A DNA stretch of 64,000 bases from Limnothrix sp. BL-A-16 (GTDB lineage: Bacteria > Cyanobacteriota > Cyanobacteriia > CACIAM-69d). Position 1 is the stretch's first letter. Every line of letters begins with the position of its first letter. The notes beneath the pieces were generated by a model that was not told where the DNA came from, made no database searches, and worked only from the letters and a program-made list of their open reading frames with translations. The translations under genes and the position numbers were made by a program. Positions 1-10,385 of this stretch are shown piece by piece. The stretch covers positions 1,184,001-1,248,000 of the forward strand of contig CP166615.1 of the NCBI GenBank assembly GCA_041937175.2. Reading direction: 5' to 3'.

Positions 1-681
1 CATCACCTCCGTTTGATGGCCAAAGGTTTTGTAGTAGTTATAAATCCGCGTCACGGACAACACACCGGGATCTTCTGGGGCCGGAAACGAATCGCGCCCA
101 GTCTTTTTCTTGTGCCAATCCAAAATTCGACCCACGAAAGGCGAAATAAGGGTCACGCCCGCCTCTGCACAGGCGATCGCCTGGTGCAAACCAAACAACA
201 GGGTGAGATTGCAGTGAATGCCTTCTTTTTCCAACACTTCGGCGGCGCGAATGCCTTCCCAAGTGGCGGCAATTTTGATCAGAATTCGATCGCGTGAAAC
301 ACCGGCTTTTTCGTACTCCGAAATCAGATAACGACCCTTGGCGATCGTCGCTTCCGTGTCATAGGACAGGCGCGCATCGACCTCCGTGGAGACCCGACCG
401 GGAATAATTTGCAAAATCTTTTTACCAAAGGCCACCGCCAAGCGCTCAAAGGCCAGGGAAGCCACCTCCTCCGCGCTGGCTTGCTTGCCCTTTTCGGTGC
501 GGGCCTCCAGCAGGGTTTGATCCACAATTTCCTGGTATTGCGGCATTTGGGCCGCAGCGGTGATCAATGAAGGGTTCGTTGTGGCATCGCGGGGCTTGAG
601 TCGTTCGATCGCTTGAATGTCGCCGGTATCGGCCACCACGATCGTCATTGCGCGTAATTGTTCAAGCAAGGTCTGAGCCAT
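1..681 (-). CDS. tal: Transaldolase, N-terminal part (runs off window start)
   Basis: Hand translation from ATG at 681: [21 protein letters not shown]...DATTNPSLI...[12 protein letters not shown]...[14 protein letters not shown]...[10 protein letters not shown]...[11 protein letters not shown], which are transaldolase signature motifs. Not in the ORF track because no stop lies in the window. Confidence 0.95.
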   Translation of the reverse strand, partial: MAQTLLEQLRAMTIVVADTGDIQAIERLKPRDATTNPSLITAAAQMPQYQEIVDQTLLEARTEKGKQASAEEVASLAFERLAVAFGKKILQIIPGRVSTEVDARLSYDTEATIAKGRYLISEYEKAGVSRDRILIKIAATWEGIRAAEVLEKEGIHCNLTLLFGLHQAIACAEAGVTLISPFVGRILDWHKKKTGRDSFPAPEDPGVLSVTRIYNYYKTFGHQTEVM

Positions 682-931
682 GATCACTTCTCGCTTAGAG
701 CGTTGCGAGTGTCCCGCCCTCTCGGTTGGGCCGGGAAATGTGCTTCCAGTGTGGCCGATCCCACCGGGAATGGTGACGCTCCCGATGAGAACTTCAACAA
801 AATCACAGAAAAGTTCAAAGAGGGCGGGAGTTCCTGGTAAGTGTTCAATCAGCGATCGATAAGAAACCTCATCACTTGATCACAATTGCTTATCAGGCTC
901 CCTGGCCTTCTCTAGAGTATTAGCAGGGCTG

Positions 932-1867
932 GTGGCTGCTTCCTGTATGCCGGCCCAAGGCGATGCAGGCGACATGACTGGACTAATCGCAACATCTCGG
1001 TTGTTGTTGGATGATCTGGCTCGACAAGGAACGCGATCGGGCATCAGTGGCTATTTGCCAGACTACGTGCCCGCTTTGGCCAAGGCCAATCCACAAGAGT
1101 TTGCGGCCGCCGTGCAGGTCGTGGATGGCCGCAGTTGGGATCGATCGCCCCCGGGGCGGCGGGTGGTGTTGATGAGCGTCATGAAACCCCTGCTGCTGTT
1201 CTATGCCCTTGCGCTTCTGGGCCCCGAGGTTGTGAGCGGCTTGGTGGGCTGTCAACCATCCGCCAAGGCCTACAACGACTTGGATCAACTGCTGGAAGAT
1301 GCGGGCCATCCCCGCAATCCCATGCTGAATAGTGGGGCCTTGGCCCTAGCGGGGGCCCTGCCTGGAACCACCGCGCGCGATCGGGTGCGACGGTTCCAAG
1401 CTTGGTTATATCGGGAAACGAGCTGCCTAATGCCCGTGAATGAAACGGTGCTGGCTTCGGTGCAGAGCCTGCCCAACGGTCGCAATCGCGCTTTGGTGCA
1501 AACCTTGGTGGACTCTGGCCGGGTGGCGAAGCCGGAAATTGCCCTGGAGATTTACAACCGGCTTTGTTGCCTGGGGATCACGATGCCTGAGTTGGCGGCT
1601 TTGGGCTGTTGGTTTGCTAATCCGCCCTCCCAATGGGCTGAGTTGGTGCAGCAAACCCTAGGGGCGATCGCGGTGGGCGGTCTCTACCAAGATTCGGAAA
1701 CCTGGATGGCGCGTGTGGGCTGGCCCACCAAGTCCGGCGTGAGCGGCGTGGTTTGGTCAATCCAGCCCGGTCAAGGATCGATCGCCTGTTACAGTCCGCT
1801 GCTGAATCCCCAAGGCCATTCGATTTTGGGGTTGGACTTTGTGGAAGGGGCTATTCGCTGGTTTTGA
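932..1867 (+). CDS. glsA: Glutaminase (serine beta-lactamase-like fold)
   Basis: YVPALAKANP, SxxK (SVMK), PRNPMLNSGA and KSGVSG motifs. Start uncertain (932/947/974). Confidence 0.85.
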   Translation: MAASCMPAQGDAGDMTGLIATSRLLLDDLARQGTRSGISGYLPDYVPALAKANPQEFAAAVQVVDGRSWDRSPPGRRVVLMSVMKPLLLFYALALLGPEVVSGLVGCQPSAKAYNDLDQLLEDAGHPRNPMLNSGALALAGALPGTTARDRVRRFQAWLYRETSCLMPVNETVLASVQSLPNGRNRALVQTLVDSGRVAKPEIALEIYNRLCCLGITMPELAALGCWFANPPSQWAELVQQTLGAIAVGGLYQDSETWMARVGWPTKSGVSGVVWSIQPGQGSIACYSPLLNPQGHSILGLDFVEGAIRWF

Positions 1868-1994
1868 TTCACCCTGAACCCAATAGCCTGAATCCAATCA
1901 ATCACTTCAAGTAATCACCTCAAATCCTGTTGAAAGGTTATTGAAGGGTTGTTGAAGGGTTGTTGATTGACAAGGTTGTTGATTGGGCCACGGT

Positions 1995-2165
1995 TCAGGA
2001 GGCAGACTCGGGGCGATCGGCTTGATTTTTGCGGCGACGACAGCGATCGGAGCAGTATTTCACTTCGTCCCAGCAGTCTGCCCATTTTTTGCGCCAGGTA
2101 AACGACAAACCACAAACGACACAAACTTTGGTAGGAAAGTCGGCTTTCTTGCGTTGTTTGGGCAT
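1995..2165 (-). CDS. DUF2256-family small Cys-rich protein
   Basis: [34 protein letters not shown] pattern; ATG at 2165. Confidence 0.85.
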   Translation of the reverse strand: MPKQRKKADFPTKVCVVCGLSFTWRKKWADCWDEVKYCSDRCRRRKNQADRPESAS

Positions 2166-2281
2166 GGAATGTTCAAGCGGATGGGGCGCGCCATTCAATT
2201 GGCGCAGGCAAGCATTTTAACGAATTTTCACCCCGAACTCTTGGCAGGTTCCCAAAGGTCTCTGGTATCCAAGCCCCCTGA

Positions 2282-2313
2282 CATCCAAGACCTCAGGCAT
2301 CCAAGACCTCAGG
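2282..2313. repeat. 16-bp tandem repeat CATCCAAGACCTCAGG x2
   Basis: Exact direct duplication overlapping the stop codon of the Crp-family gene. Confidence 0.85.
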
Positions 2314-2959
2314 CCTCAGGCGAATTCTTGCCTCCTGCGGGAAACCAAAGGTGTCGATCGGCATCAATCTCGATTCGGCCTTGGGCTTGGAACAGTTGCA
2401 ACAGCCGAGTCACGGTGACCCGGGTGGTTTGGGCAGCGCTGGCCAATTGCCGATGGGTGAGGCGCAAATTCAAACGACGCGCTGAGCCAAGGGGCTGCCC
2501 AAATTCCCGATCGAGCAGTTGCAGCAGTTGCCAAAGGCGCTCATCGGCTCGCTTCAGGGTGAGCAAGGATTTCAAATCGCTGGCCTGATCCAAACGGCGC
2601 AGGGCGTGGAACAGCAGGTTGCGGGCCAGGATCGGGGATCGCTGCACCTGGTCGATCGAGAGGGGCAACAGATCCGTGGGAGCCAAGGCCGAGGCCCGGT
2701 AAGGATTCACCGCGCTCAGAACTTGTCCAAAAAATGTCCCCGTGCTCGCAAAGCCCAAAATTGCTTCGGAACCGTCCGGCAGCAGGGTTTCGAGGGCTAC
2801 GGCCCCGCGATAAACAACCCAGAGGCGATCGGGTTGGAGGGGAATGGTTTGGTTGGTGCGAAACGATTCGAGGTTTTGGCTACGGTATTGGGCTTCGAGC
2901 AACCGGCGCAGTTCCAAGTCAGTGCTACTGGCCAGGGTCGATCGGATCATTTTGGGCAT
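2309..2959 (-). CDS. Crp/Fnr family transcriptional regulator
   Basis: cNMP-binding-like region (VYRGAV...GTFFG) and C-terminal HTH LRLTHRQLASAAQTTRVTVTRLL. Confidence 0.88.
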   Translation of the reverse strand: MPKMIRSTLASSTDLELRRLLEAQYRSQNLESFRTNQTIPLQPDRLWVVYRGAVALETLLPDGSEAILGFASTGTFFGQVLSAVNPYRASALAPTDLLPLSIDQVQRSPILARNLLFHALRRLDQASDLKSLLTLKRADERLWQLLQLLDREFGQPLGSARRLNLRLTHRQLASAAQTTRVTVTRLLQLFQAQGRIEIDADRHLWFPAGGKNSPEA

Positions 2960-3311
2960 GGGAGGGGAAGCAGAGGGCGATGGGGTGCGATCCCAGGACG
3001 CAAATCACGGGTGCTGAGTCTTGGGAGTTGGGACTTGAATGATCTGTGCTCGATGACTGCCAATTGAGATCGTATCAGTTTTTGATCAATTGACAGTAAT
3101 TTTCAATAAGCGATAGCCAAATCATCGGCAAAACCTCAGTAATTGCGAGGCTGGGGGTCTCAGCTTGTCAGGAGCCTCTGCAATAACTGGGTCAAAACTG
3201 TAGTGCCCCACACCAACTCAGGCTAACGGCGACCGTTTAACCCCTTGCCAAGGGAATGTTAACGATCCATGAAGATTGTGCCGCAGCGCTTAGGGATGAT
3301 CCCCCCTCTCC

Positions 3312-3515
3312 GAGGATGTCTAAGCAGCATCTTTCAGTATGGGCCAAGCATCAATTGCCGTGGGGGCAAGGGGCTTAAGCCTTAACATTGAACTTGTTTA
3401 GCGCTTTTGGCTTGACTCAAGCATCAATTGCCGTGGGGGCAAGGGGCTTAAGCCCCTTGTCTGCGCCGATCGCTGGAGCTTACAGGGTGGCAATTTTGGC
3501 TTTTCAGACACCCTC
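3312..3515 (-). mobile_element. MITE family 1 copy with internal 37-bp duplication
   Basis: Ends GAGGATGTCTAAG... and ...TTTTCAGACACCCTC. The reverse complement aligns with the copy at 7331. Contains the palindrome at 3440-3459. Confidence 0.75.
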
Positions 3516-4355
3516 TTAAGGTAGGCGGGCCAGTTCCGTTTGCAGGATTTGGCAAAGTTCCCCATGATTCGGGCCGTTGCTGGCAATGCGGCCGCCCCAC
3601 TGGTTCAAATCGCCCGTGGCATAGCGCAGGGGTTGACCGTCAAAGTGGGTGAACTGGCCGCCCGCTTCCGTCAAGATCAATTCCGGGGCGGCCATATCCC
3701 AATCCTTGGGGGCCGATTTGCCCGAAAGGGAAAGATACAAATCCGCTTTTTGCTCCACGATCGCGGCAATTTTGCCACCAACACTGCCCACGGCGTGCTG
3801 ATTTTGGCAGGGCAGGGCGGCCAGCAATTGGTTAAACCGCTGGTCTCGGTGCGATCGACTGACCACCACGGTCAGCTCCGAGAGTTGGGCACAGTCCGAC
3901 ACCCGGGGCGATCGGGTTTGGCCAGCGCGATCGAACGCCACCGTTCCCGACCCTTTCACGGCTGCATACAACTGTTCCGCCTCCGGGCAAGCCACGATCG
4001 CCAGTTCCGGCCGTCCTTGATAAACCAGCGCCAGGTGAATGGCATATTCGCCGGTTTTTTGAATAAAGTCCTTGGTTCCATCCAGGGGATCGATGATCCA
4101 AATCCAATCCCGATCGGCTGGAATGCCTTCTGATTTGTAGGTTTCTTCGCTCAGGTAGCCAAATTCAGCGCTCCCCAATTCCTGCTGCAAATGACTGAGG
4201 ATGGTTTGATTGGCGGCCAGGTCGGCGGCCGTGACGGGCCCGTCGCCTTGGTCTTCAATCGCCAACTGATCGCCTCGGTAATAGGCCCGCAGCACGTCGC
4301 TGGCGGCCCAGGCGGCTTGACGGGCGATCGCGCACAAATCCTCAAGGGGTCGCAT
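3516..4355 (-). CDS. cysQ: 3'(2'),5'-bisphosphate nucleotidase CysQ (inositol monophosphatase family)
   Basis: PVTAAD, LSEE, WIIDPLDGTKDF and WDMAA motifs. Confidence 0.88.
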   Translation of the reverse strand: MRPLEDLCAIARQAAWAASDVLRAYYRGDQLAIEDQGDGPVTAADLAANQTILSHLQQELGSAEFGYLSEETYKSEGIPADRDWIWIIDPLDGTKDFIQKTGEYAIHLALVYQGRPELAIVACPEAEQLYAAVKGSGTVAFDRAGQTRSPRVSDCAQLSELTVVVSRSHRDQRFNQLLAALPCQNQHAVGSVGGKIAAIVEQKADLYLSLSGKSAPKDWDMAAPELILTEAGGQFTHFDGQPLRYATGDLNQWGGRIASNGPNHGELCQILQTELARLP

Positions 4356-4414
4356 GGTGGCTCAAATGCAGGACAGGGGCCTTGATGGTATCAGTTGATT
4401 AGGCTCTTGGGGGA

Positions 4415-5380
4415 TTAGATGATTGGGTGACCAAAATTCAGGTAGCTTCCGGGCGATCGGGTCACTCGGGTTAACTGTCGATCGATCCCAAATTCAAATA
4501 CCCAATCGGCAGCCCCGGCCGCCAGCAACGGATCAACAAATAGCTTTGGGTGCAAGGCTTTCCAAAAGTAATCTACAAAATCGGAAATTTCCGCCTCACT
4601 CAGCCCCTGCCCTCCCGCTGCGATTCGATCGCGCTCGGCTTGCTGTCGCCACTGTTTTGAAAATTGGTAATCAGTGGGTTTCAAAATTAAGAGCCGATCG
4701 CACCATTCCCAAAGGGGTAAATAATCCCGCAGCCGTTGATTACAATCCTGAGCAAAGGCGCGATCGGCCTCCGAAAAAATGGGTGCTGGCCAATCCACAA
4801 GAGTCGTGAAATCAATCGGCTTCACTCCCACAAACCACCCTTCAAACAACACAATATCAACTGGTTGAATCATCTCCGCCGCCACGCGATCGCCCTGTCC
4901 CCCATGGCAGGATTTATCGAATCGCGGAATGGCTATGGTGGAAGCTTGGGGCGATCGCAAGGCCCGCAACGTTTCCAGCCCCAGATCAACATCATGGGTT
5001 CCCGGCGGCCCTCGCCAAATGAGTCGCGGATCCTGGGCTTGCAGCCGTTGCCGATCGGCATAGGTTTTGTAAAGGTCATCGATCGACCAACTGAGAGTTC
5101 GCCACCCCAACAGTTCCAACGCCACGGCCATTGCGCCACAGAAGGTGGTTTTGCCTGCACCCTGAACACCCAAAATTCCCAACACGATCGGGCGATCGCT
5201 CTGGGCGCGTAATTGCCCTAACGCCAAGGCCAAAGGCCACCAAGCTTGCTCCATCATGGCCCGATTGCTGGGGTGATTGAGCAAAAAGGCCCAGCGCGAT
5301 CGCTGGCTCAGGGCTTCACAAAATGCTGCAAAATCCGGCATGAATTCCCAAGTTTCTAGGGGCGGTTTGTCCGCAAGCAA
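4415..5380 (-). CDS. P-loop kinase, plant-type D-glycerate 3-kinase-like
   Basis: GVQGAGKTT, SIDDLY, RGPPGTHD, PRFDKS and FEGWFVG motifs. Start uncertain. Confidence 0.8.
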   Translation of the reverse strand: MLADKPPLETWEFMPDFAAFCEALSQRSRWAFLLNHPSNRAMMEQAWWPLALALGQLRAQSDRPIVLGILGVQGAGKTTFCGAMAVALELLGWRTLSWSIDDLYKTYADRQRLQAQDPRLIWRGPPGTHDVDLGLETLRALRSPQASTIAIPRFDKSCHGGQGDRVAAEMIQPVDIVLFEGWFVGVKPIDFTTLVDWPAPIFSEADRAFAQDCNQRLRDYLPLWEWCDRLLILKPTDYQFSKQWRQQAERDRIAAGGQGLSEAEISDFVDYFWKALHPKLFVDPLLAAGAADWVFEFGIDRQLTRVTRSPGSYLNFGHPII

Positions 5381-5397
5381 TTAGTTGATGACAGCCC

Positions 5398-7158
5398 CTA
5401 GGCAGCCAGCATTGTTTCCAAGGTATGTTGATTCCAAAGGTCGCGATATAACCCCGGGCGCGAGAGCAATTCATCGTGGGTTCCCATGTCCACAATGGAG
5501 CCTTGATCCATCACCAAAATTCGATCGGCAGTGGCGGCGGCAGACATTTGATGGGAAATAAAAATCACGGTTTTCTTAGCGATTCCGTCCGTCAAATTTC
5601 GCAAAATTTCCGTGGCAGTTTGGTTATCGACGCTCGATAGAGCATCATCCAAAATCAAAATGGGGGAACTGATCAACAGGGCGCGGGCCAGGGCGGTGCG
5701 CTGGCGTTGGCCGCCGGAAAGGGTGATGCCTCGTTCTCCGACCACCGTTTCGTATTGCTGGGGGAAGGTGAGGATTTCGTTGCGAATTTGGCTGGTGTCG
5801 GCGGCGGCTTCCACGGCCCCCAGGTCGATCGCGGGATTGCCGTAGCGAATGTTGTTGGCGATCGAGGTGCTGAACAGAAAACTATCTTGGGGCACATAGG
5901 CGATCGCCCCGCGCAGATCGTGGATCCGCAGTTGGGTAATGTCAATTCCATCTAGCCACAGTTGGCCCGGCTTCAGATCCAGCAGGCGCGGCAGGGCATT
6001 GGCCAATGTGGACTTGCCGCAACCCACGGGGCCCACGATCGCCACCATTTCCCCCGGTTGAATCTCGAAGTTCAGATCGCTCAAGGCCAGGCGATCGCTC
6101 CCCGGATAGCCGTAGCTGAGGTGGGTGGCCTTGAGATGGCCCACCACTTGCTCCAGCGGCAGGGCGATCGATTCGCTGTTGTCGATAATCTTCGGTTCCG
6201 TCTGCAAAATCGCTTCCACACGATTGATGCTGACTTCGCCCCGCTGATAGGTGCTGATCGTGAAACCCAAAAGCGCCGTGGGGAAAACCAATCGCTCCAC
6301 ATAAATCAGCAGTGCCACAAAATTCCCGATCGACAGTTCCCCTTGGGCGATCGCATCGGAACCAAACCACAACAGCACCAGCAAGCTGACACTCGCCAGC
6401 CCTCCTAGCAATGGAAACAGCACACTACGGGTTTTAGCGAAACTCAAATTCACCCGCAGCAACTGATCATTCACCCGCCGAAAAGCTTGCCGCTCATTCT
6501 CCTCTTGGGCATAGATTTTGATCGGAGAAATGCCGCTCATGTCCTCTTGAATGAGGTCGCTCATTTCCGAAAGCCGCTCTTGTACCTCCAACTGCTGGGT
6601 TCGCAATTGATTGGCAAACAACTGCACCAACACCAACATCAAGGGATAAACCAACAGAGCCAACAGCGTTAACCGCACGTTGATGCTGAGCATAATGGGT
6701 AGGGTTAACGCATAGGCAAATAGGGTATTCGCCAAGCTTAGAACGGCAAACCCCATTAACCGACGAATGTTGTCTACATCGCTGGTGGTGCGGTTAATGA
6801 GATCTCCGGCCGTGTTCACCGCAAAATAGGCCGGCTCTAGGGTCAATAAATGTTGAAAAATGCGTTGTTTGAGGTCAAATTCCACCTGGCGACCCACCCC
6901 AAACACCAGCACCCGCGACACCATCCGAATCACCCACATCACCGAGGCCAAAATCATCACGGTGACGGCGAATAAGAGAATGCGATCGAACGAGAAGCTC
7001 GCTTGCAACTCATCAATTCCGTTCCGAATCAGCAGGGGAATATAAACCCCCAACACATTCACCAGCAGGAGTGTGCCAATCCCGATCGAGGTTTTTTTCC
7101 AATAGGGGCGTAAATAGTTTCCTAAGATTTTCAGGTTCGATCGATTGGAGCCAGCCAT
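5398..7158 (-). CDS. ABC exporter, fused TMD-NBD (MdlA/MsbA-like)
   Basis: Hydrophobic N-half, GPVGCGKST, LSGGQRQR, ILDDALSSVD. Confidence 0.93.
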   Translation of the reverse strand: MAGSNRSNLKILGNYLRPYWKKTSIGIGTLLLVNVLGVYIPLLIRNGIDELQASFSFDRILLFAVTVMILASVMWVIRMVSRVLVFGVGRQVEFDLKQRIFQHLLTLEPAYFAVNTAGDLINRTTSDVDNIRRLMGFAVLSLANTLFAYALTLPIMLSINVRLTLLALLVYPLMLVLVQLFANQLRTQQLEVQERLSEMSDLIQEDMSGISPIKIYAQEENERQAFRRVNDQLLRVNLSFAKTRSVLFPLLGGLASVSLLVLLWFGSDAIAQGELSIGNFVALLIYVERLVFPTALLGFTISTYQRGEVSINRVEAILQTEPKIIDNSESIALPLEQVVGHLKATHLSYGYPGSDRLALSDLNFEIQPGEMVAIVGPVGCGKSTLANALPRLLDLKPGQLWLDGIDITQLRIHDLRGAIAYVPQDSFLFSTSIANNIRYGNPAIDLGAVEAAADTSQIRNEILTFPQQYETVVGERGITLSGGQRQRTALARALLISSPILILDDALSSVDNQTATEILRNLTDGIAKKTVIFISHQMSAAATADRILVMDQGSIVDMGTHDELLSRPGLYRDLWNQHTLETMLAA

Positions 7159-7330
7159 AAATTAGACCATCCTGATATAGGAATTCTTTGGAAGAGTTTG
7201 TTGGACAGATCAGCTTCGCCCGCAAATCGTCCCCCAGGTTTTCACCTCGGGGTTTTGGTTTTTTTAGGGACTTGATTCTTGAATCTTGAGCTTTGAATCT
7301 TGAGCCTTAGATTTTGAGCCTTGAGCCTTC

Positions 7331-7461
7331 GAGGCCGTTTGAAAAGCCAAAATGACTACTCAGTAAACCCTAGCGATCGACGCAGACAAGGGGCTTAAGC
7401 CCCTTGCCCCCACCACTATCGGTGCTTGACCCGCGCCAAAAGATACTTTTTAGACACCCTC
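7331..7461 (+). mobile_element. MITE family 1 copy (131 bp)
   Basis: GAGGCCGTTTGAAAAG...CTTTTTAGACACCCTC imperfect TIRs, with the central palindrome at 7387-7406. Confidence 0.78.
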
Positions 7462-7518
7462 TTAGGTTTTCAGAATCTTGCGCTTTAGTCTTGAGTTGAG
7501 CGCCGTTGGTTCAGGGTC

Positions 7519-8196
7519 TTAATTTAAGGCCGTTTCCGCCTCCCCAGCGCCTGGCCCATCAAAGGATTCACCCAAATAAATTGCCCGAATATCTGGCGGT
7601 AAGGCTGATTCCAAGGCGCGGTAACTTTGGCGCAACTTGGCCCGCACAGCGGCCGGTGACAAGGATTCCCCCTCCGCTTGCAAATAGGCGGCAATTCGTG
7701 GCTCGCTCCAGTGCAGGGTTTGGGCCATCAACACCATCAACCGCGCCGTGGGATCCTGGCGATCGAGCGCCGATTGCAGGTAACACCAAAGGGGCGGCGG
7801 GGCAGCCGTCAAGGAATAGTGAATGGATTCCACGGGGGGCAATTCCGCCTGATTCACCATCAAAGCCGTCATATTAATCAGCCAGTTTTGCAAGGTAAAT
7901 TCATCAGCGCGATCGATGCGAGTTGCCCGGGCCCGTTCCAAATCTAAAGTGGGTAATTCGCGAAAGATTCGGAACCAGATTTGGGCAAATAAATAATCCG
8001 CTTGGGCATCGGACGGCGCGGAATGTTGCACCAGGGAATAGACGATCGGGCTATAGCGACAAAACAAGGCTACAAAATAGCGGCCGGAGTCGGGATAGCG
8101 TTTAAATAAGTCCAATAATTCTGAATCACTGTATTGATTGAGGGATTGAACGATCGGGTGACGACATTCATGAAAACTAGGTGCATCCATGGGCAA
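7519..8196 (-). CDS. Sigma-70-like (ECF-like) conserved cyanobacterial protein
   Basis: Region-2-like FVALFCRYSPIVY...ADYLFAQIW and region-4-like WSEPRIAAYL...AVRAKLRQSY. Confidence 0.65.
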   Translation of the reverse strand: MPMDAPSFHECRHPIVQSLNQYSDSELLDLFKRYPDSGRYFVALFCRYSPIVYSLVQHSAPSDAQADYLFAQIWFRIFRELPTLDLERARATRIDRADEFTLQNWLINMTALMVNQAELPPVESIHYSLTAAPPPLWCYLQSALDRQDPTARLMVLMAQTLHWSEPRIAAYLQAEGESLSPAAVRAKLRQSYRALESALPPDIRAIYLGESFDGPGAGEAETALN

Positions 8197-8295
8197 TCAG
8201 GCAGTATCCGTTGCGGTGGCAAAATGCGGCCAAGGGAGGTAACCCCCCTCGCCGGGATTAGGGTCTGGCCGGAACCATCAACCTAGCTTCGGGGC

Positions 8296-8637
8296 CTAAT
8301 CATCCCCCAAGGAAGCCACATCATGCAGGGCATCTTCCATCTGCATTCGTTGTTCCATTTGCCGTAAAAAATAGCCCGTCATCATGGCCGAGGCCAACAA
8401 TCCGGCCAGATTTTCTCGATCGGTCACGATTTGGATGCTGAAATGTTCACCGGGCAAGGAACCGACCAAGCCTTGAACATTTTGGGAAACAATTTGCTTC
8501 ACATCAGGGGTCACCGCCCGGGCCACGCGGGCCAACACTTCCGGCGATTGACGCTGGAGGTATTGCAGCAGCGGATTGACGCGATCGTCATTTGATGCGT
8601 CATCAAACCAGTCAGCCGTTTCGGGGTTAAAAACCAT
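8296..8637 (-). CDS. DUF760 family protein
   Basis: NPLLQYLQ...NVQGLVGSLP...RENLAGLLASAMMTGYFLRQMEQR. Confidence 0.85.
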   Translation of the reverse strand: MVFNPETADWFDDASNDDRVNPLLQYLQRQSPEVLARVARAVTPDVKQIVSQNVQGLVGSLPGEHFSIQIVTDRENLAGLLASAMMTGYFLRQMEQRMQMEDALHDVASLGDD

Positions 8638-9035
8638 AGCGTCGATTCAGTCGGAAGGACGATCGGACTCTGGGAGAATCCTATAGAAATGCTGGTTAGC
8701 GTTCTGGTTGGCGTTAACGATGTTGTTGAGTTCACCTGCAACTTTATGCAACAACGATCTGCCGCGAATTGCAACGGTTGGTGAGTCAAGCATTACCCGA
8801 AACGGGACTGGAAGCGTGCAAAGGGAAATTGAGGGGACGGTGAATGGATTTGCACGCATTCCCGATTGAGTGGGATGGCACCAACGGAAACACAATATAG
8901 AAGCACTAACAGAAATTAACGAACATTGCTCAACAATCTGGCCCTATTGTGACATTTTTGCTCAAGTCTGCAACGGAAGTTGACGAGCGGTGATTTCCTT
9001 TGTCTAACCGTTGATTAACCCTTTCTCAACTCATC

Positions 9036-10361
9036 CTAAGTTGAGGATGCCCGGTTCAGGTGTCGATCGAGCAGCCGATCGAGCCAGTGCAGCAACCCCA
9101 ACACCAGCCCCACACTCAGCACGGGCCAAATCCAAAATCCTCGGGCGATCGCTGGGGAGGCATCGAGGGCCAGCCCACCCAACGGCGGCCCCACCGCATA
9201 GCCCACGGCCCAGCAGAGGGAATTGATCGAAAGGTAAGTGCCGCGTAGGGATTCCGGAGCCAAATCCACCACCAGGGCCGAACCAGAGGGCGTATAGGCC
9301 ACCATGGCCAGGGACAACAACGCCAAGGCCACGCTCGCCCCGGCCAAGGCCCAGGCTCCGGGCTGAATCCACCAAACGGCGGCAAACCCCACCCCAAACA
9401 ACCCGGCAGCGATCGCCAACGATCGGGCATGGCCATAGGGGCGCAGCAACCGGGATATGGGCAGTTGGGCCACCGCCGCTAAAATAATATGCCCCGAGAA
9501 GAGCACCCCGATTTGCGCGGGAGCCAAGCCCACAATCCGCTTGAGATAAAGGGGCAAGGTGGCTTCCACTTGGGCCAAATAGGTGGTGAACAAAATATTA
9601 GCAATCACAAACAGGCCGAGGAGTCGATCGCTCAGGGTTTTGCGCCAGCCGGCCCAATGGCCGATCGCCGTTTGGACTGCGGGCCGGCGATCAGGCACCA
9701 GGGCCACCACCGCCACCGCAAACAGCACAAAAGACAGGGCATCGCCCAAAAACAGCAACCGATAGAGACCGGTTTGGCCCACCAGCAATCCCCCGATCGC
9801 CGTGCCCAATCCCAGCCCCACCACATCCGCCAGCCGCGTGACCGCAAAGGCTTCCCGCCGATGTTCCTCCGGGGTAAAGTCCGCCACCAGGGCTTCCATG
9901 GCCGGCCAATATAGCCCCACGCCCAAGCCCATCAGCAGATTGCCCACCACCAGCAACGGAAACCCCGCCGCAAACCCCAACACCCCATCCCCCAGGGCCG
10001 AGGCGATCGCCGACAACAGCAACACATTGCGTCGGCCCACCCGGGGCGAATCCGACCATGAACCGCTGGCCACCCGGCCCAGCACCCCCGACAACTGCCC
10101 CAACCCCAGGGCAGTACCCACTGCGGTGGCCGACAGGCCCACCTGTTCCACAAAGTAGATCGCTCCGTAGAACATGACCAAACCAGTGCCCAGGTGCAAC
10201 AGGACGCGCCCCAGGGTCAAAATCCAGACCACACCGGGCAAGGGAGGTAACCATTGCTGGTCAGTGGATTGAGTTGTGGATTGGACTGTGGATTGGAATG
10301 ATCGACCTTTGGGAAACAGCCCCTGCTTCAATCGTTGTTGGATTTGACGCAACGCGCCCAT
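9036..10361 (-). CDS. MFS transporter
   Basis: About 12 hydrophobic segments; motif-A-like GSWSDSPRVGRR and DLAPESLRGTY. Confidence 0.9.
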   Translation of the reverse strand: MGALRQIQQRLKQGLFPKGRSFQSTVQSTTQSTDQQWLPPLPGVVWILTLGRVLLHLGTGLVMFYGAIYFVEQVGLSATAVGTALGLGQLSGVLGRVASGSWSDSPRVGRRNVLLLSAIASALGDGVLGFAAGFPLLVVGNLLMGLGVGLYWPAMEALVADFTPEEHRREAFAVTRLADVVGLGLGTAIGGLLVGQTGLYRLLFLGDALSFVLFAVAVVALVPDRRPAVQTAIGHWAGWRKTLSDRLLGLFVIANILFTTYLAQVEATLPLYLKRIVGLAPAQIGVLFSGHIILAAVAQLPISRLLRPYGHARSLAIAAGLFGVGFAAVWWIQPGAWALAGASVALALLSLAMVAYTPSGSALVVDLAPESLRGTYLSINSLCWAVGYAVGPPLGGLALDASPAIARGFWIWPVLSVGLVLGLLHWLDRLLDRHLNRASST

Positions 10362-10385
10362 GAACAGACCCCACCCCGCAAGGAT

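Noticed and set aside
3345..3454. CRISPR mini-array (37-bp repeats, 36-bp spacer)
   Set aside because: Only two repeats, the repeat is MITE arm plus half palindrome, there is no GAAAC/GAAAG-type end, and no cas genes are in the window.
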